Shown: piece after piece, positions 49,537-61,461 of the stretch
How the letters are laid out: each line of letters starts with the position of its first letter
Numbering within the stretch: the stretch's first letter is position 1
Source: a candidate division FCPU426 bacterium
Lineage (GTDB): Bacteria; Oederibacteriota; Muellerivitia; Muellerivitales; Muellerivitaceae
Length of the DNA: 64,000 nt
Reading direction: 5' to 3'
Assembly (NCBI GenBank): GCA_963796105.1
Contig: CAWCKJ010000004.1
Span: 576,001-640,000, forward strand
Translations under genes and position numbers: made by a program
Notes under the pieces: model-generated
The model's database searches: none
What the model saw: the letters and a program-made list of their open reading frames with translations, nothing else
What the model was told of the DNA's origin: nothing

Positions 49537-52500
49537 TTATTTGATAAATATTACCCTCTTGGTTTTGCGGTCCATAGGTTCCGTCAGGTAGAGGAGGTAA
49601 ACCCCGCTCGCGCAGGTGTCCCCGTACTTGTTCGTGCCGTCCCAGAAATAGGCCCCCTCGAAAGGTGCTTCCAAGAACCTGTCATCCAGCGTCCTAATGT
49701 GTTCCCCAGCCGAGTTATAAATGGTCAACACGAGTGGTCCCGGATATTGGCTCGTCCCCACGAAAATGGATACCGGTTCCCCTCCTCCCTTGAACACGTT
49801 TTTCGTCACCGTGAAGTAATCCACCGTCGGAGTCCAGGTTGGGATTTGCGTGACGGAAGAAGTTTCCGTGGGCGAAGAGGTGATTGTGGGCGTTCCAGTC
49901 CAAGTGGGGGTGTTAGTCCAAGTCGAGGTTGGGGTCCAGGTAGCTGTCGGGGTCGAGGTGCCCGCGGAAGTGTTGGTGGGGGTTTTCGTGGCAGTGAGAG
50001 TATTGGTGGAAGTGGGCGTGCTCGTCGCGGTGAAGGTATTGGTCGGCGTGGCGGTGGATGTAAAGGTGCTCGTGTTGGTGGAAGTGGACGTCGCTGTGGG
50101 AATGTTGGTGGCTGTCGGAGTCGGCGTAGCCGTCGCGGTGTTGGTGGGGGTATTTGTGGATGTTGGAGTGTTTGTGTTAGTTGGGGAACTCGTCATTGTC
50201 GTCGTAAATGTATCGGTCGGGGTGTTGGTTGAAGTTGCCGTATCGGTGGGTGTGCGGGTGGAAGTCGGCGTGGGGGTTTCCGTTGGGGTATTGGTCGTAG
50301 TGGGTGTGGAGGTCGGCGTCGGCGTGACGGTAGGCGTGTTCGTGGGCGACTGAGTTCCGGTTGAGGTGTTAGTGGGAGTGGGAGTAACGGTCGGTGTGTC
50401 GGTCAGGGTAGATGTGGGCGTCGAAGAAAGAGTATCCGTTGGGGTGGGTGTCGGGCTATTTGTGGGCGTGGAAGTCGGCGTACTTGTCGGGGTTGAGGTA
50501 GGAGTCGGAGTATCAGTCGGGGTATTGGTCGGTGTGGGTGTGGATGTCAGTGTCGGTGTAATGGTGGGTGTGTTCGTGGGGGATGTCGTCCCGGTTGATG
50601 TATATGTCGTGGTGGGCGTGATGGTGGGTGTGGGCGTCGGCGTATTGGTGGGTGTATTGGTCGGAGTGTCAGTTGGAGTATTGGTGGCCGTGGGTGAAGG
50701 CGTCTGTGTGGCCGTATCCGTGGGGGTGGGTGTCGGGGTATTTGTGGGCGTGGAAGTCAGCGTGTTCGTTGGTGTTGATGTCGGTGTGGGGGTTGGGGTG
50801 GGTGTCGGTGTATTCGTGGGGGTATTAGTCGGGGTGGGTGAAGACGTCAGGGTCGGAGTGACTGTAAAGGTGTTCGTGGGGGATGTTGTCCCAGTCGAGG
50901 TGTTGGTTGGGGTTGGTGTAACGGTTGGCGTGGGTGTCGGAGTGTTCGAGTGTGTATTCGTGGGGGTATTGGTAGGTGTCGGCGAGGGTGTCAGCGTTGG
51001 GGTGGGTGTCGGGGTATTAGTTGGGGAAGAAGTAGGTGTAGAAGTCGGCGTAGGGGTGGATGTGGTCGTAGGAGTAGGGGTCGGGGTATTCGTCGGAGTC
51101 CTTGTGGGTGTATTCGTTGGGGTCGGCGTGGGAGTCGTGGTAGGTGTTGGCGTCGGCGTATTGGTAGGCGTGTTCGTTGGGGTATTCGTGGGCGTTGGAG
51201 TAGGTGTCACAGTCGGGGTGGGTGTAGGAGTAGGCGTCGGGGTCTTGGTCGGGGTGATGGTAGGAGTATTCGTAGGCGACTGAGTTCCTGTAGGCGTATT
51301 GGTTGGAGTCGGTGTGATGGTTGGCGTGTGGGTGGGGGTCGGAGTCGGGGTTGTGGTGGGTGTAGGGGTATTCGTGGAGGTAGGAGTGGGTGTCGGTGTC
51401 CTAGTCGGAGTAGGTGTCGGGGTGGTCGTGGGGGTGGGTGTAGGCGTATTCGTAGGGGTAGGGGTTGGGGTATTGGTGGGTGTAGGGGTCGGGGTGGTCG
51501 TTGGAGTGGGAGTGGGCGTCCTCGTGGGGGTTGGGGTGGGCGTATTAGTGGGTGTTGGAGTAGGCGTCGTTGTCGGGGTGGGTGTTGCCGTATTGGTAGG
51601 TGTTGGTGTCGGAGTCCTTGTAGGAGTGGATGTCGGCGTGGTGGTGGGTGTCGGCGTGGGCGTATTGGTTGGGGTAGGCGTCGGGGTATTCGTCGGCGTG
51701 GGCGTAGGAGTCGTCGTCGGGGTTGGAGTCGGGGTAGGCGTTGGCGTCCGAGTCGGTGTATTGGTTGGTGTGGGTGTGGGTGTAATAGTAGGTGTAGGAG
51801 TTGGAGTAGGTGTCGGTGTCCGAGTCGGAGTTATGGTTGGAGTGTTCGTGGGCGACTGGGTCCCGGTTGGAGTATTCGTGGGCGTCGGGGTAATAGTTGG
51901 CGTGTGGGTGGGGGTTGGAGTGGGGGTTGTGGTCGGTGTGGGAGTCGGGGTAGGGGTGGGCGTTCTTGTGGGCGTATTGGTAGGAGTGGGTGTCGGAGTG
52001 GTTGTCGGTGTTGGTGTCGGGGTGTTAGTAGGGGTAGGTGTAGGAGTTCTCGTCGGGGTCGGTGTTGGAGTTGTCGTGGGTGTGGGCGTCGGCGTATTGG
52101 TGGGCGTATTGGTGGGTGTCAGAGTAGGAGTATTCGTCGGGGTTCGGGTCGGGGTTGGAGTCGGCGTGTTAGTAGGTGTCGGAGTGGGTGTATTGGTCGG
52201 AGTCGGGGTGGGAGTGGTTGTCGGTGTCGGAGTAGGCGTTCTTGTCGGGGTCGGCGTGGGAGTATTCGTGGGGGTGGGTGTCGGGGTTGTGGTCGGAGTG
52301 GGTGTCGGAGTGTTAGTAGGCGTGGGAGTAGGAGTCCTGGTTGGGGTCGGTGTTGGCGTCGTAGTGGGGGTTGGAGTCGGGGTGTTCGTGGGAGTGGGAG
52401 TTGGAGTATTCGTTGGTGTTGGGGTCGGGGTCCTGGTTGGTGTGGGTGTTGGGGAAACGGTGGGTGTCGGGGTAGGGGATGGTGTGGGGGTTGGGGTATT

Positions 52501-54153
52501 CGTGGGAGTAGGTGTTGGGGTTCTGGTCGGGGTGTTGGTCGGAGTAGGGGTAGGGGTATTAGTGGGAGTTGGTGTCCTGGTTGGCGTGGGGGTTGGGGAA
52601 ACAGTAGGTGTCGGAGTTGGCGAAGGTGTGGGGGTTGAAGTATTCGTTGGGGTGGGGGTCGGAGTTCTGGTTGGAGTGTTTGTCGGCGTCGGGGTTGGTG
52701 TATTGGTTGGGGTCGGTGTGGGTGTACGAGTGGGGGTTGGGGAAGTTGTTGGAGTTGGTGTGGGAGTTGGCGTATTAGTTGGAGTGTTTGTCGGCGTGGA
52801 TGTTGGAGTCCTAGTAGGAGTCGGCGAAGGGGTCGGGGTGTTGGTGGGTGTGGGAGTCGGGGTCGGCGTTCTGGTTGGCGTGTTCGTGGGAGTAGGCGAA
52901 TTAGTGGGTGTCGGGGTCGGCGTTCGAGTGGGCGTGATGGTCGGAGAAGGAGTGGGTGTCGGCGTATTGGTGCGGGTGGGTGTCGGGGTAATAGTATAAG
53001 TATATGTATAGGTATTGGTCGGAGTGTAGGTGTGTGTGAAGGTGGGAGTACCGCCGCATCCTCCCGCGATCGAAACCCAGAGACTGGCGGAAGCCTGTAC
53101 AGCGCCATTCCAAGTCACACTAGCGGTGTTAAGGATGGAACAAGGGTTACCGTCTACCGTATCCGCATAGGCGATGGGGCATGGAATAGTGACGCAAGCG
53201 CCCTTCCCCGCGAACCCCCCGTCAAAATTGAAAATTGTATAATATGCCGCGCCTGTCGAAACGGCCGCGCCATAAGGATATGACGCCCCATAACTCTGGA
53301 AGTTTCCGTCATATTGTCCGTGATATGTTCCGCTCTGGTTATTGATGAACTCATCAAAGACCGTGACGGGAGTATTGGCCGGCGCTCCGCTGTTACAAAC
53401 GATGAGGGTATAGGGTTCCGAACCTGAGCTATAGGTGCCCGCGGGCCACGCGGAAAAACCCGCTATTTTCTGAAGCGTGAAGGTGGGGGGCGTATAAGTC
53501 TGGGGGTTCAAGACGCAGTCGCCAATATAGTAAATGATTTGGCCTGCGTTGCTCGATGTGGCCGTTGCGTTGGGGGCTGTGTAGGTTTGATATTGGCCTG
53601 TCGAGGGGTTGTACATTTGCTGGAGCTCCGGGTCGGCCACGCTGTTAAAAGCGATATTGTTGTAAATGGTATTGGTGAATAAATTGTTAACTTCCGTCGC
53701 GGGATAATTGGCCGAATTCCACGCGTAACCCCCAGCCGTAGGGGGGGGATTCCCACCGGTCGTGTCGTCGTACATTTTGTAGCAAGAATCGTTATTGGTA
53801 AAATAAGCGTGTTGGCCGTTTGAGCAGGTAACATCGATCACCCAAGCCGCCATGACAACGCTTTGATTAATGTTGATGTTTTCAACGGAGATGACATTAG
53901 TCACTGCGGCAAAATCACCTGCCGGAATGTTGTAGGTCGGGAGGGTATTGACGCCCAACGTGGCGAAGGAAATAGGCGAGGAGTTGATTAAATTCCCATT
54001 GATCCAAACATTCAGTTCGTCGTCCGCAGAACCGTAAAGCACGCCCCCCGTCGGGGTACATTGAGCCCAAGCCTTATCCACGAAGGCGCTGATCTGCCAG
54101 GCCAGGAGACCGTAAAAAACGATTTTAAATATTGTCATGCGAAGCTTTTTCAA
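49537..54153 (-). CDS. Giant secreted protein B: jelly-roll head, DUF11-like domain, ~1070-aa Thr/Pro stalk, single FlgD-Ig-like C-terminal domain
   Basis: Signal peptide ending [17 protein letters not shown]; (TP)n; [29 protein letters not shown]. Confidence 0.9.
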   Translation of the reverse strand: MKKLRMTIFKIVFYGLLAWQISAFVDKAWAQCTPTGGVLYGSADDELNVWINGNLINSSPISFATLGVNTLPTYNIPAGDFAAVTNVISVENININQSVVMAAWVIDVTCSNGQHAYFTNNDSCYKMYDDTTGGNPPPTAGGYAWNSANYPATEVNNLFTNTIYNNIAFNSVADPELQQMYNPSTGQYQTYTAPNATATSSNAGQIIYYIGDCVLNPQTYTPPTFTLQKIAGFSAWPAGTYSSGSEPYTLIVCNSGAPANTPVTVFDEFINNQSGTYHGQYDGNFQSYGASYPYGAAVSTGAAYYTIFNFDGGFAGKGACVTIPCPIAYADTVDGNPCSILNTASVTWNGAVQASASLWVSIAGGCGGTPTFTHTYTPTNTYTYTYTITPTPTRTNTPTPTPSPTITPTRTPTPTPTNSPTPTNTPTRTPTPTPTPTNTPTPSPTPTRTPTSTPTNTPTNTPTPTPTPTTSPTPTRTPTPTPTNTPTPTPTNTPTRTPTPTPTNTSTPTPSPTPTPTVSPTPTPTRTPTPTNTPTPTPTNTPTRTPTPTPTNTPTPTPSPTPTPTVSPTPTPTRTPTPTPTNTPTPTPTNTPTPTPTTTPTPTPTRTPTPTPTNTPTPTPTTTPTPTPTNTPTPTPTRTPTPTPTTTPTPTPTNTPTPTPTNTPTPTPTRTPTNTPTLTPTNTPTNTPTPTPTTTPTPTPTRTPTPTPTNTPTPTPTTTPTPTPTNTPTRTPTPTPTPTPTTTPTPTPTHTPTITPTPTNTPTGTQSPTNTPTITPTRTPTPTPTPTPTITPTPTPTNTPTRTPTPTPTPTPTTTPTPTPTNTPTPTPTNTPTPTPTTTPTSTPTRTPTPTPTNTATPTPTTTPTPTPTNTPTPTPTRTPTPTPTTTPTPTPTNTPTPTPTNTPTPTPTTTPTPTPTRTPTPTPTSTNTPTPTTTPTPTPTHTPTITPTPTNTPTGTQSPTNTPTITPTKTPTPTPTPTPTVTPTPTPTNTPTNTPTNTPTPTPTTTPTPTPTNTPTRTPTNTPTPTPTTTSTPTPTSTPTSSPTNTPTPTPTLTPSPTPTNTPTNTHSNTPTPTPTVTPTPTNTSTGTTSPTNTFTVTPTLTSSPTPTNTPTNTPTPTPTPTPTSTPTNTLTSTPTNTPTPTPTDTATQTPSPTATNTPTDTPTNTPTNTPTPTPTITPTTTYTSTGTTSPTNTPTITPTLTSTPTPTNTPTDTPTPTSTPTSTPTSTPTNSPTPTPTDTLSSTPTSTLTDTPTVTPTPTNTSTGTQSPTNTPTVTPTPTSTPTTTNTPTETPTPTSTRTPTDTATSTNTPTDTFTTTMTSSPTNTNTPTSTNTPTNTATATPTPTATNIPTATSTSTNTSTFTSTATPTNTFTATSTPTSTNTLTATKTPTNTSAGTSTPTATWTPTSTWTNTPTWTGTPTITSSPTETSSVTQIPTWTPTVDYFTVTKNVFKGGGEPVSIFVGTSQYPGPLVLTIYNSAGEHIRTLDDRFLEAPFEGAYFWDGTNKYGDTCASGVYLLYLTEPMDRKTKRVIFIK
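51050..52440. repeat. ~1.4-kb near-identical direct repeat of 56657-58047 (shared stalk segment)
   Basis: Base-level match at a constant offset of 5607 bp, including most synonymous positions. Confidence 0.9.
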
Positions 54154-54341
54154 AACATTTACTCTTTTAAGACATTTTTAAAACAACTCTATAAATCGTT
54201 TTATTAGTAATTATATCGCTCGCTCCAGCATCTCACATCACAAACACGAAATTCCAGGCATAAGCAGGGATAAATAACCTTTCCAGAAACAGCGCCGGGG
54301 TTAAAAACTCATTCCAAAATTTCTATTAAAGGCCGTTGAAT

Positions 54342-54374
54342 AAAAAACCCCGTCCCATTGTTTTGGGACGGGGT
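54342..54374 (-). terminator. Intrinsic terminator after gene C
   Basis: ACCCCGTCCCA-loop-TGGGACGGGGT stem followed by a T-run on the minus strand. Confidence 0.85.
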
Positions 54375-54439
54375 CACGAATTTTATTTTAATGTGTCTCC
54401 ATTTTTAGACGAATGCCAAACGAATCAACCTTTTGGTTC

Positions 54440-57400
54440 TTAATGTTCAACCAATATCTTGAGGGTCTGCTTGGCGATGATTTTTCCCGTGAGATCCTTC
54501 TGTTCCACCTTGGCGATGTAGAGCCCGCTTGAGATTCCCGCGGCATTCCAGGTCACCCTGCTTGTTCCTCCCGCGCCTTTCAGCTCCGTCACCAGCTCTC
54601 CCGCCAGGTCATAGATCCTCACCGTCAGGTTGATCCCAAGATTTGAGGCCTGGAACTCCACTTGGCTGAATCCGGAAGTTAAGGGGTTCGGATAGGCCCA
54701 GACTTTCGGTACCGTCTGTTTCGGATTGTTCAACACCATCACCGATGTCACGATCACCGTCTCCCCGCCTTTTCCGTCGGTGGAGTGCACCTCGATGAAG
54801 TATTTTCCGTTCGGCACCACCGCCCCGCTTGAGGAATATCCCGTCCAAGTGGCCGTCACCCCGTTATTGGTCGTAATGATCAGGTTCCCATCCGTCGGCG
54901 ATCCCGGCTCCAAAACCGTCCCTGACAGCTTCACCCCTGTGATCACCGTCCCTTGTGGGTCCTCCACCACGCTGTAGAGCGTGTCCACGATCTCTCCAGC
55001 CTCGTTGTAGATGTCGATCGTCACCTTCTCCAACGACCTGCTCACCACCACGTTCAATACCACGCTCTTATCCACCCCGAAGGAATCGACATTGTCCACT
55101 TTCACGTAATAATCACCATTCGGCACCGGGTTCCCGTTCTGGTCTGTCCCGTTCCACACCGTGATCTGGGTATTCTGGTCATATATCAGGATGGGATCAT
55201 TCAGCCCATTAATCAGATCCCCGTTCTTCAACTGCAGGTCCACCAAAGGCTGGGAATATTGGGTCACTAAGAGTGTCTTTACCAGTTCCCCTGCCTCGTT
55301 ATATACCCCGATCTTCACCGTGTAGCTCCCTGTCACCATTAATGTGGCACAGGAACTCAATGGTGAGATTCCCGGATAGTTTAAGACCGCGCAGTTCACA
55401 ATGGGTCCCGCGGGCGTGAAGCTGTTAATCGAGACTGTATAAGTCAATTGGTAGCTTCCAGGGATAAGGGTGGGCAATGTCCAGTTCATCATGGTCACCC
55501 CGCCTGAAACGGTGGTTACGGCCGATGTTCCTGCTGGTGAGACCCCGAAGGCCGTGAAAGTGCAGTTGGGAGGCAGTTGGTCCTGCACCACTACCCCGGG
55601 AGCGTTGGCGTTGGAGACATTCACATTCAAGGTATAGGTCACCATATCCCCCGAGGAACCTGTTGATTCTGACTCCTGTTTTTGCAAGGCCAATACCGCG
55701 GCAGGCGTGGGGGTGGGAGTGAAGGTCGCCGTGGGGGTAGGTGTCAGGGTATTGGTATTAGTGGGTGTATTCGTGGCTGTAAGCGTATTCGTGGGAGTGG
55801 GAGTGTTAGTAGGCGTCCTGGTGGGGGTAGGAGTAGGCGTATTGGTAGGAGTATTGGTGTTAGTCGGGGTATTTGTATTGGTGGGGGTATTGGTGGCCGT
55901 ATAAGTGTTGGTGGGAGTAGAGCTGTTGGTAGCGGTAGGAGTATTGGTGGGCGTGTTGGTGTTGGTCAGGGTATTGGTGGGAGTAGGGGTCGGGGTATTG
56001 GTTGGCGTGTTAGTGGGGCTATAGGTATTCGTGGGCGTGGAAGTCTCGGTTGGAGTGTTGGTGTTGGTGGAAGTGTTAGTGGGTGTTGGAGTAGGAGTAT
56101 TAGTCGGCGTGTTCGTGGGTGTGTTGGTGTTTGTGGGGGTGGAAGTGTCCGTCGGAGTGGAAGTATCCGTGAAGGTGTTGGTCGGGGTAAAGGTAAGCGG
56201 GGGAGTGTCAGTGGAGTATCAGTTGAAGTATTTGTCGGTGTTTGCTGTGGGAGTAGGTGTAGAGGTGGAGGTAGAAGTATTGGTAGGTGTCGAGGAAGGC
56301 GTCGGCGTCGGGGTGACCGAAGTGTTCGTGGGGGAGTCCCGGTTTCGGTGTCGGTCGGAGTCGGCGTGACGGTGGGGGTAGCGGTTGGAGTAGGAGTGGG
56401 TGTTTGTGTGGGAGTAATTAGGTCGGGGTGGGTGGGTGTATGGGTCGACGTGTTCGTAGGTGTTAAGGTGGGTGTAGCGGTAGGGTAGGTGTCGGCGTTG
56501 TAGTTGGAGTACTGGTAGCTGTTGGGGAAGGCGTATTCGTGGGTGTGACCGTAGGCGTATTGGTAGGATGTCTCCCCGTCGGCGTGCGGGGGGTGGGTGT
56601 CGGTTGGGGTGGGTGTCGGGGTGTTGGTCGGAGTGGAAGTAGGTGTATTAGTGGGTGTAGGGGTGGATGTGGTCGTAGGAGTAGGGGTCGGGGTATTCGT
56701 CGGAGTCCTTGTGGGTGTATTCGTTGGGGTGGGCGTGGGAGTCGTGGTAGGTGTTGGCGTCGGCGTATTGGTAGGCGTGTTCGTTGGGGTATTCGTGGGC
56801 GTTGGAGTAGGTGTCACAGTCGGAGTGAGTGTAGGAGTAGGCGTCGGGGTCTTGGTCGGGGTGATGGTAGGAGTATTCGTAGGCGACTGAGTTCCTGTAG
56901 GCGTATTGGTCGGAGTCGGTGTGATGGTTGGCGTGTTGGTGGGGGTCGGAGTCGGGGTTGTGGTGGGTGTAGGGGTATTCGTGGAGGTAGGAGTGGGTGT
57001 CGGTGTCCTAGTCGGAGTAGGTGTCGGGGTGGTCGTGGGGGTGGGTGTAGGCGTATTCGTAGGGGTAGGGGTTGGGGTATTGGTGGGTGTAGGGGTCGGG
57101 GTGGTCGTTGGAGTGGGAGTGGGCGTCCTCGTGGGGGTTGGGGTGGGCGTATTAGTGGGTGTTGGAGTAGGCGTCGTTGTCGGAGTGGGTGTCGGAGTAT
57201 TGGTAGGAGTTGGTGTCGGAGTCCTCGTGGGGGTAGGTGTCGGCGTGGTGGTTGGAGTAGGCGTGGGCGTATTGGTCGGGGTGGGTGTCGGGGTATTCGT
57301 CGGCGTGGGCGTAGGAGTCGTCGTCGGGGTTGGAGTCGGGGTAGGCGTTGGCGTCCGAGTCGGTGTATTGGTTGGTGTGGGTGTGGGTGTAATAGTAGGT

Positions 57401-59877
57401 GTAGGAGTTGGAGTGGGTGTGGGTGTCCGAGTTGGAGTTATGGTTGGAGTGTTCGTGGGCGACTGGGTCCCGGTTGGAGTATTCGTGGGCGTCGGGGTAA
57501 TAGTTGGCGTGTTGGTGGGGGTTGGAGTCGGGGTTGTGGTCGGTGTGGGAGTCGGGGTAGGGGTGGGCGTTCTTGTGGGCGTATTGGTAGGAGTGGGTGT
57601 CGGAGTGGTTGTCGGTGTTGGTGTCGGGGTGTTAGTAGGGGTAGGTGTAGGAGTTCTCGTCGGGGTAGGCGTTGGAGTTGTCGTGGGTGTGGGCGTCGGC
57701 GTATTGGTGGGCGTATTGGTGGGTGTCAGGGTAGGAGTATTCGTCGGGGTTCGGGTCGGGGTTGGAGTCGGCGTGTTAGTAGGTGTCGGAGTGGGTGTAT
57801 TGGTCGGAGTCGGGGTGGGAGTGGTTGTCGGTGTCGGAGTAGGCGTTCTTGTCGGGGTCGGCGTGGGAGTATTCGTGGGGGTGGGTGTCGGGGTTGTGGT
57901 CGGAGTGGGTGTCGGAGTGTTAGTAGGCGTGGGAGTAGGAGTCCTGGTTGGGGTCGGTGTTGGCGTCGTAGTGGGGGTTGGAGTCGGGGTGTTCGTGGGA
58001 GTGGGAGTTGGAGTATTCGTTGGTGTTGGAGTCGGGGTCCTGGTTGGAGTGGGAGTAGGCGTTACAGTCGGAGTGGGGGTAGGTGTGTTAGTGGGAGTCG
58101 GCGTGGGAGTAGTTGTGGGTGTGGGTGTTGGAGTCCTAGTCGGGGTTGGGGTGGGCGATGGTGTCGGGGTGGGGGTAGGAGTATTCGTAGGGGTTGGTGT
58201 CGGGGTATTGGTGGGGGTAGGGGTCCTGGTTGGTGTGGGTGTTGGTGAAACGGTGGGTGTCGGGGTAGGAGATGGTGTGGGGGTTGGGGTATTCGTGGGG
58301 GTGGGTGTCGGGGTTCTAGTCGGGGTGTTGGTTGGAGTTGGGGTGGGGGTGTTTGTCGGAGTCGGTGTGGGAGTACGGGTGGGTGTCGGGGAAGTTGTAG
58401 GAGTGGGCGTGGGAGTTGGGGTATTAGTCGGAGTATTCGTTGGGGTGGGTGTTGGGGTCCGGGTCGGCGTATTCGTGGGTGTTGGGGTCGGTGAATTGGT
58501 GGGTGTTGGGGTTGGCGTCCTGGTTGGGGTTGGCGATGGAGTGGGTGTCGGGGTATTCGTCGGCGTGGGTGTTGGCGTCCTAGTAGGGGTCGGCGAAGGG
58601 GTCGGGGTGTTGGTGGGTGTGGGAGTGGGAGTTGGGGTCGGCGTCTTCGTGGGTGAGTTAGTAGGAGTGGGAGAATTGGTAGGTGTCGGGGTCCGGGTCG
58701 GTGTGGGTGAAACAGTAAAAGTAAAGGTGTAGGTACTGGTGTTCGTGGGAGTAGGCGTGTATAAGCAAGGAATGGGCACCGAAACCGAGTTGGAACTGGC
58801 GTTTCCGGAGTTGGCCCCGCTGGCAAAGGTCACACTGGCACTGTCAACAAAGGTCTGGCATTGGTTCCCGGAAAAATAATAATTTTCGGTATTGGCCAAC
58901 ATCGTGACGCAGTTGTTCCCGCCGCCGAATGAAGACCAATAGATTGTATTTGTATTTACGTCCGGTTGTGCGCCTCCATAGTAGTAACAGGCTCCAGTAG
59001 TGGTGGTAGGCCCGAATCCCCAACAGGCAAAAGCAAATCCATTTGCGGCCACTAGATTATCAGTGATCGTCACACCCCCCGGTTGGGTCACAGGGCCGCC
59101 GGTGTTACAAGCCACAATGGCAAAAGTAGCGAACATATCCTGTCCGCTGGTAACCGCCGAACCAGCCACCAGGGATTTGGTAATGGTGAATTTCGGCGGT
59201 CCCACCAAAGTTATACCCGCGGGAATGGTGGTGGCTATGGTTTCAAAAATAGCTCCGCCGCAATTCCCGGTACTGTAGTCCCCGTCGGTAGTGGAAGCCG
59301 TAAATGGAACCTGCTGGCCAGTCACGGGATTGAAAATGGATTGTCCCCAACAGCAATAGCCTGAGGTGGTACTGACGGATACGGGGGCCGTCCAGCCGGC
59401 GGTGGCGTAGTTGGTCGCGTACCAGTTGGTGGCTGGGGGGGTAGTGGGATTCCCGGAACTGATGTAGTCCATGGAAACGCCGGCGGTGCCGCTGGTAATT
59501 TCAGAATGAGTTCCTCCGGAGCAGGTGATATCCAGGTCCCAAGCGGAGTAAACGTTATTGCAGGCGGTGTTTTGGGTATAAACGCTGACGTAAACCTTGG
59601 CCCCGGTTAAAAGGGACGTGGGGACCGTGATACAACCCGGAGGACAGGATCCTGTGCCGTCCCAGTTGCAATAAGCGACTTGGCCGAGGTAAACACCGCC
59701 GACATAGACCTGGGACCAGTCATCGCTGGCTACGCAGATTTGGGCGGAAGTGGGCGTGCATTGGGCGAAAGACCTGGAAGGCAGGGCCCAAAATAGCGAA
59801 AGGCCCAGAAGCGCCAACGAAATGGGAAGCGCGTGGGGAAGAAAATTAGTCGGAATATTTAAATATTTTTTTCTCAT
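54440..59877 (-). pseudogene. Giant secreted protein C (jelly-roll head, DUF11-like domain, Thr/Pro stalk, DUF11 and FlgD-Ig C-terminus) with several frameshifts at ~56170-56600
   Basis: Signal peptide ending [18 protein letters not shown]; the TP frame switches repeatedly near 56.2-56.6 kb; 54440-55721 is highly similar to the C-terminus of protein A. May be an assembly artefact. Confidence 0.8.
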
Positions 59878-59949
59878 TCGATCAGCCGTTGTCTGAATCC
59901 TTCTTTGGAATTGAAAGCCTTTTGCCCATACCAAGCTTCTATTACATGC

Positions 59950-60879
59950 CTATCCGAACAACGCTTGCGCAGTAATGGGTTTTGCCAAAGCGCAAGCGGT
60001 TAAGGCCCGGTGAAATAAGGAATCTGGGTCATGGCGACGATTGAACCGATAAGTATATTCGCTCAAGTATCCAGGCAGATATTTCACGTTGACTCCATGA
60101 TGGGTTCCTAGGATCCAAGCCTTGGCGTTGGAAATGAATCGGTGGACCCAAGGTAACCAGTGATTTAACACCACTGGGTCATTGGCTGTTACCTGGTACT
60201 CCACATCCACGTTTTCCAAGTTTCTCAAGCTGGGACTGGCATCCGTGTTTATCATGGCGCCTTTCTGGATTGCTTGATCGACGAATGCTTGGGCTTCCCA
60301 CTTGGTTTCTGCGGTCACCTTTATCTTTGCAAAACCCGCTTTCTCTTTTTTGCGCCCTTTCTCATCTATCCATTCTTTGCTTTCAACCGCCACCAGCACT
60401 TCAGCCTGGTTTTCCTTTTCTCTCTTGCCGAATACAGCCCCATCCAACTCAATGATTTCCTTGAGTTGGTAATTTTCATCCCTTTGTCGAAGACTTTCCC
60501 GAATCTTATGCAACATCCTCCAAACGGTATCGTAGGAGGGCATTCCCAATTGCCGCTGAAGTTCCAGGGCTGAAATGCCCCTTTTCCCTTGCATCACCAA
60601 TCCAATCATCCTCAACCAGGTTAAGATTGGGATCTTGGATTTCCGGAAGATCGTTCCGGCTCGAAGCCGTATTTGCTTTCGACAATAGTCACATTCCCGC
60701 ACTTCGGGGCGGTTTTTGTGTTGCCAGAAACTTTCTCCTTCACATTGTGGGCAAACAAAGTCTTTTCCGGCAAAACGGCTCTTCCACACCCATTGACGTG
60801 CCTTTTCTTCTGTATCGATTTCCTTGAAAATCTCAATCCCCTTCATCCGTTGGTAGTTCATAATTTGCCCCTCCAACAA
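59950..60879 (-). CDS. IS1595-family transposase
   Basis: N-terminal CPQC..CDYC zinc ribbon, GISALELQRQLG, IELDG, INTD, ILGTHHGV and YLSEYTYRFNRR motifs. Confidence 0.95.
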   Translation of the reverse strand: MLEGQIMNYQRMKGIEIFKEIDTEEKARQWVWKSRFAGKDFVCPQCEGESFWQHKNRPEVRECDYCRKQIRLRAGTIFRKSKIPILTWLRMIGLVMQGKRGISALELQRQLGMPSYDTVWRMLHKIRESLRQRDENYQLKEIIELDGAVFGKREKENQAEVLVAVESKEWIDEKGRKKEKAGFAKIKVTAETKWEAQAFVDQAIQKGAMINTDASPSLRNLENVDVEYQVTANDPVVLNHWLPWVHRFISNAKAWILGTHHGVNVKYLPGYLSEYTYRFNRRHDPDSLFHRALTACALAKPITAQALFG

Positions 60880-60881
60880 TG

Positions 60882-60909
60882 AGTATACTCCTGTATTCCT
60901 TTATTTCAA
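60882..60909 (-). promoter_or_regulatory. Sigma70-like promoter of the IS1595 transposase overlapped by an ATAC-N4-GTAT site
   Basis: Minus strand TTGAAA-N16-TATACT; ATACAGGAGTAT (60896-60885) overlaps the -10 element. Confidence 0.65.
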
Positions 60910-61461
60910 CAGGTACCGTTTGGAGAGGCATTTTCTATTATGTAAGGACTTCCACTAGGGATTTATCGCATAATCTATTCCAAAATCAGGCATTTTGAAC
61001 GAAAAATCATAAAAAAATGGGTCGGTTTAACACTATTTCCCATTAACGTTAAATCAAGCATGAAAACAATTCAAATTGCCGTTTTTACCCCCGAAAAAAA
61101 ACCAAAAATTCCCAATGCGCTTCCAGGCCATAAGCTGTTAGTTTAAAGTGCTCGTCACCAACTTCAAAAATCATGAAAATTGTCAGATTTTTAGCGAAAA
61201 AAGGATATTTTTTGACTTTTCCTAAAAGAAAAAATACCTGACTACCCAATAGGGATTTGGAAATAATTCAAATAAACTTCATGACTTTTACCACCATCAC
61301 TAAATCAAGCCGAACCAAAACCTCATGTTGTTAACGAATTTTAATTGGCTTAAATCCGCCCAAATAACAATTAACACCCTCTTTACATATTAGATGCAAC
61401 CAGCCGGGTAGATTACTATCCCTTTATCAAGGGTATTAATTTCTCATCCCAGGAGTCTTTC

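Larger units (their letters stand above)
59945..60932 (-). mobile_element. Complete IS1595-family insertion sequence (988 bp)
   Basis: Inverted repeats ATGCCTATCCGAAC / GTTTGGAGAGGCAT; 8-bp target duplication TTCTATTA at 59937-59944 and 60933-60940. Confidence 0.92.

Noticed and set aside
36009..55721. Diversity-generating retroelement (template/variable repeat pair)
   Set aside because: No reverse transcriptase, and differences between the duplicated blocks are largely synonymous and not obviously adenine-specific.
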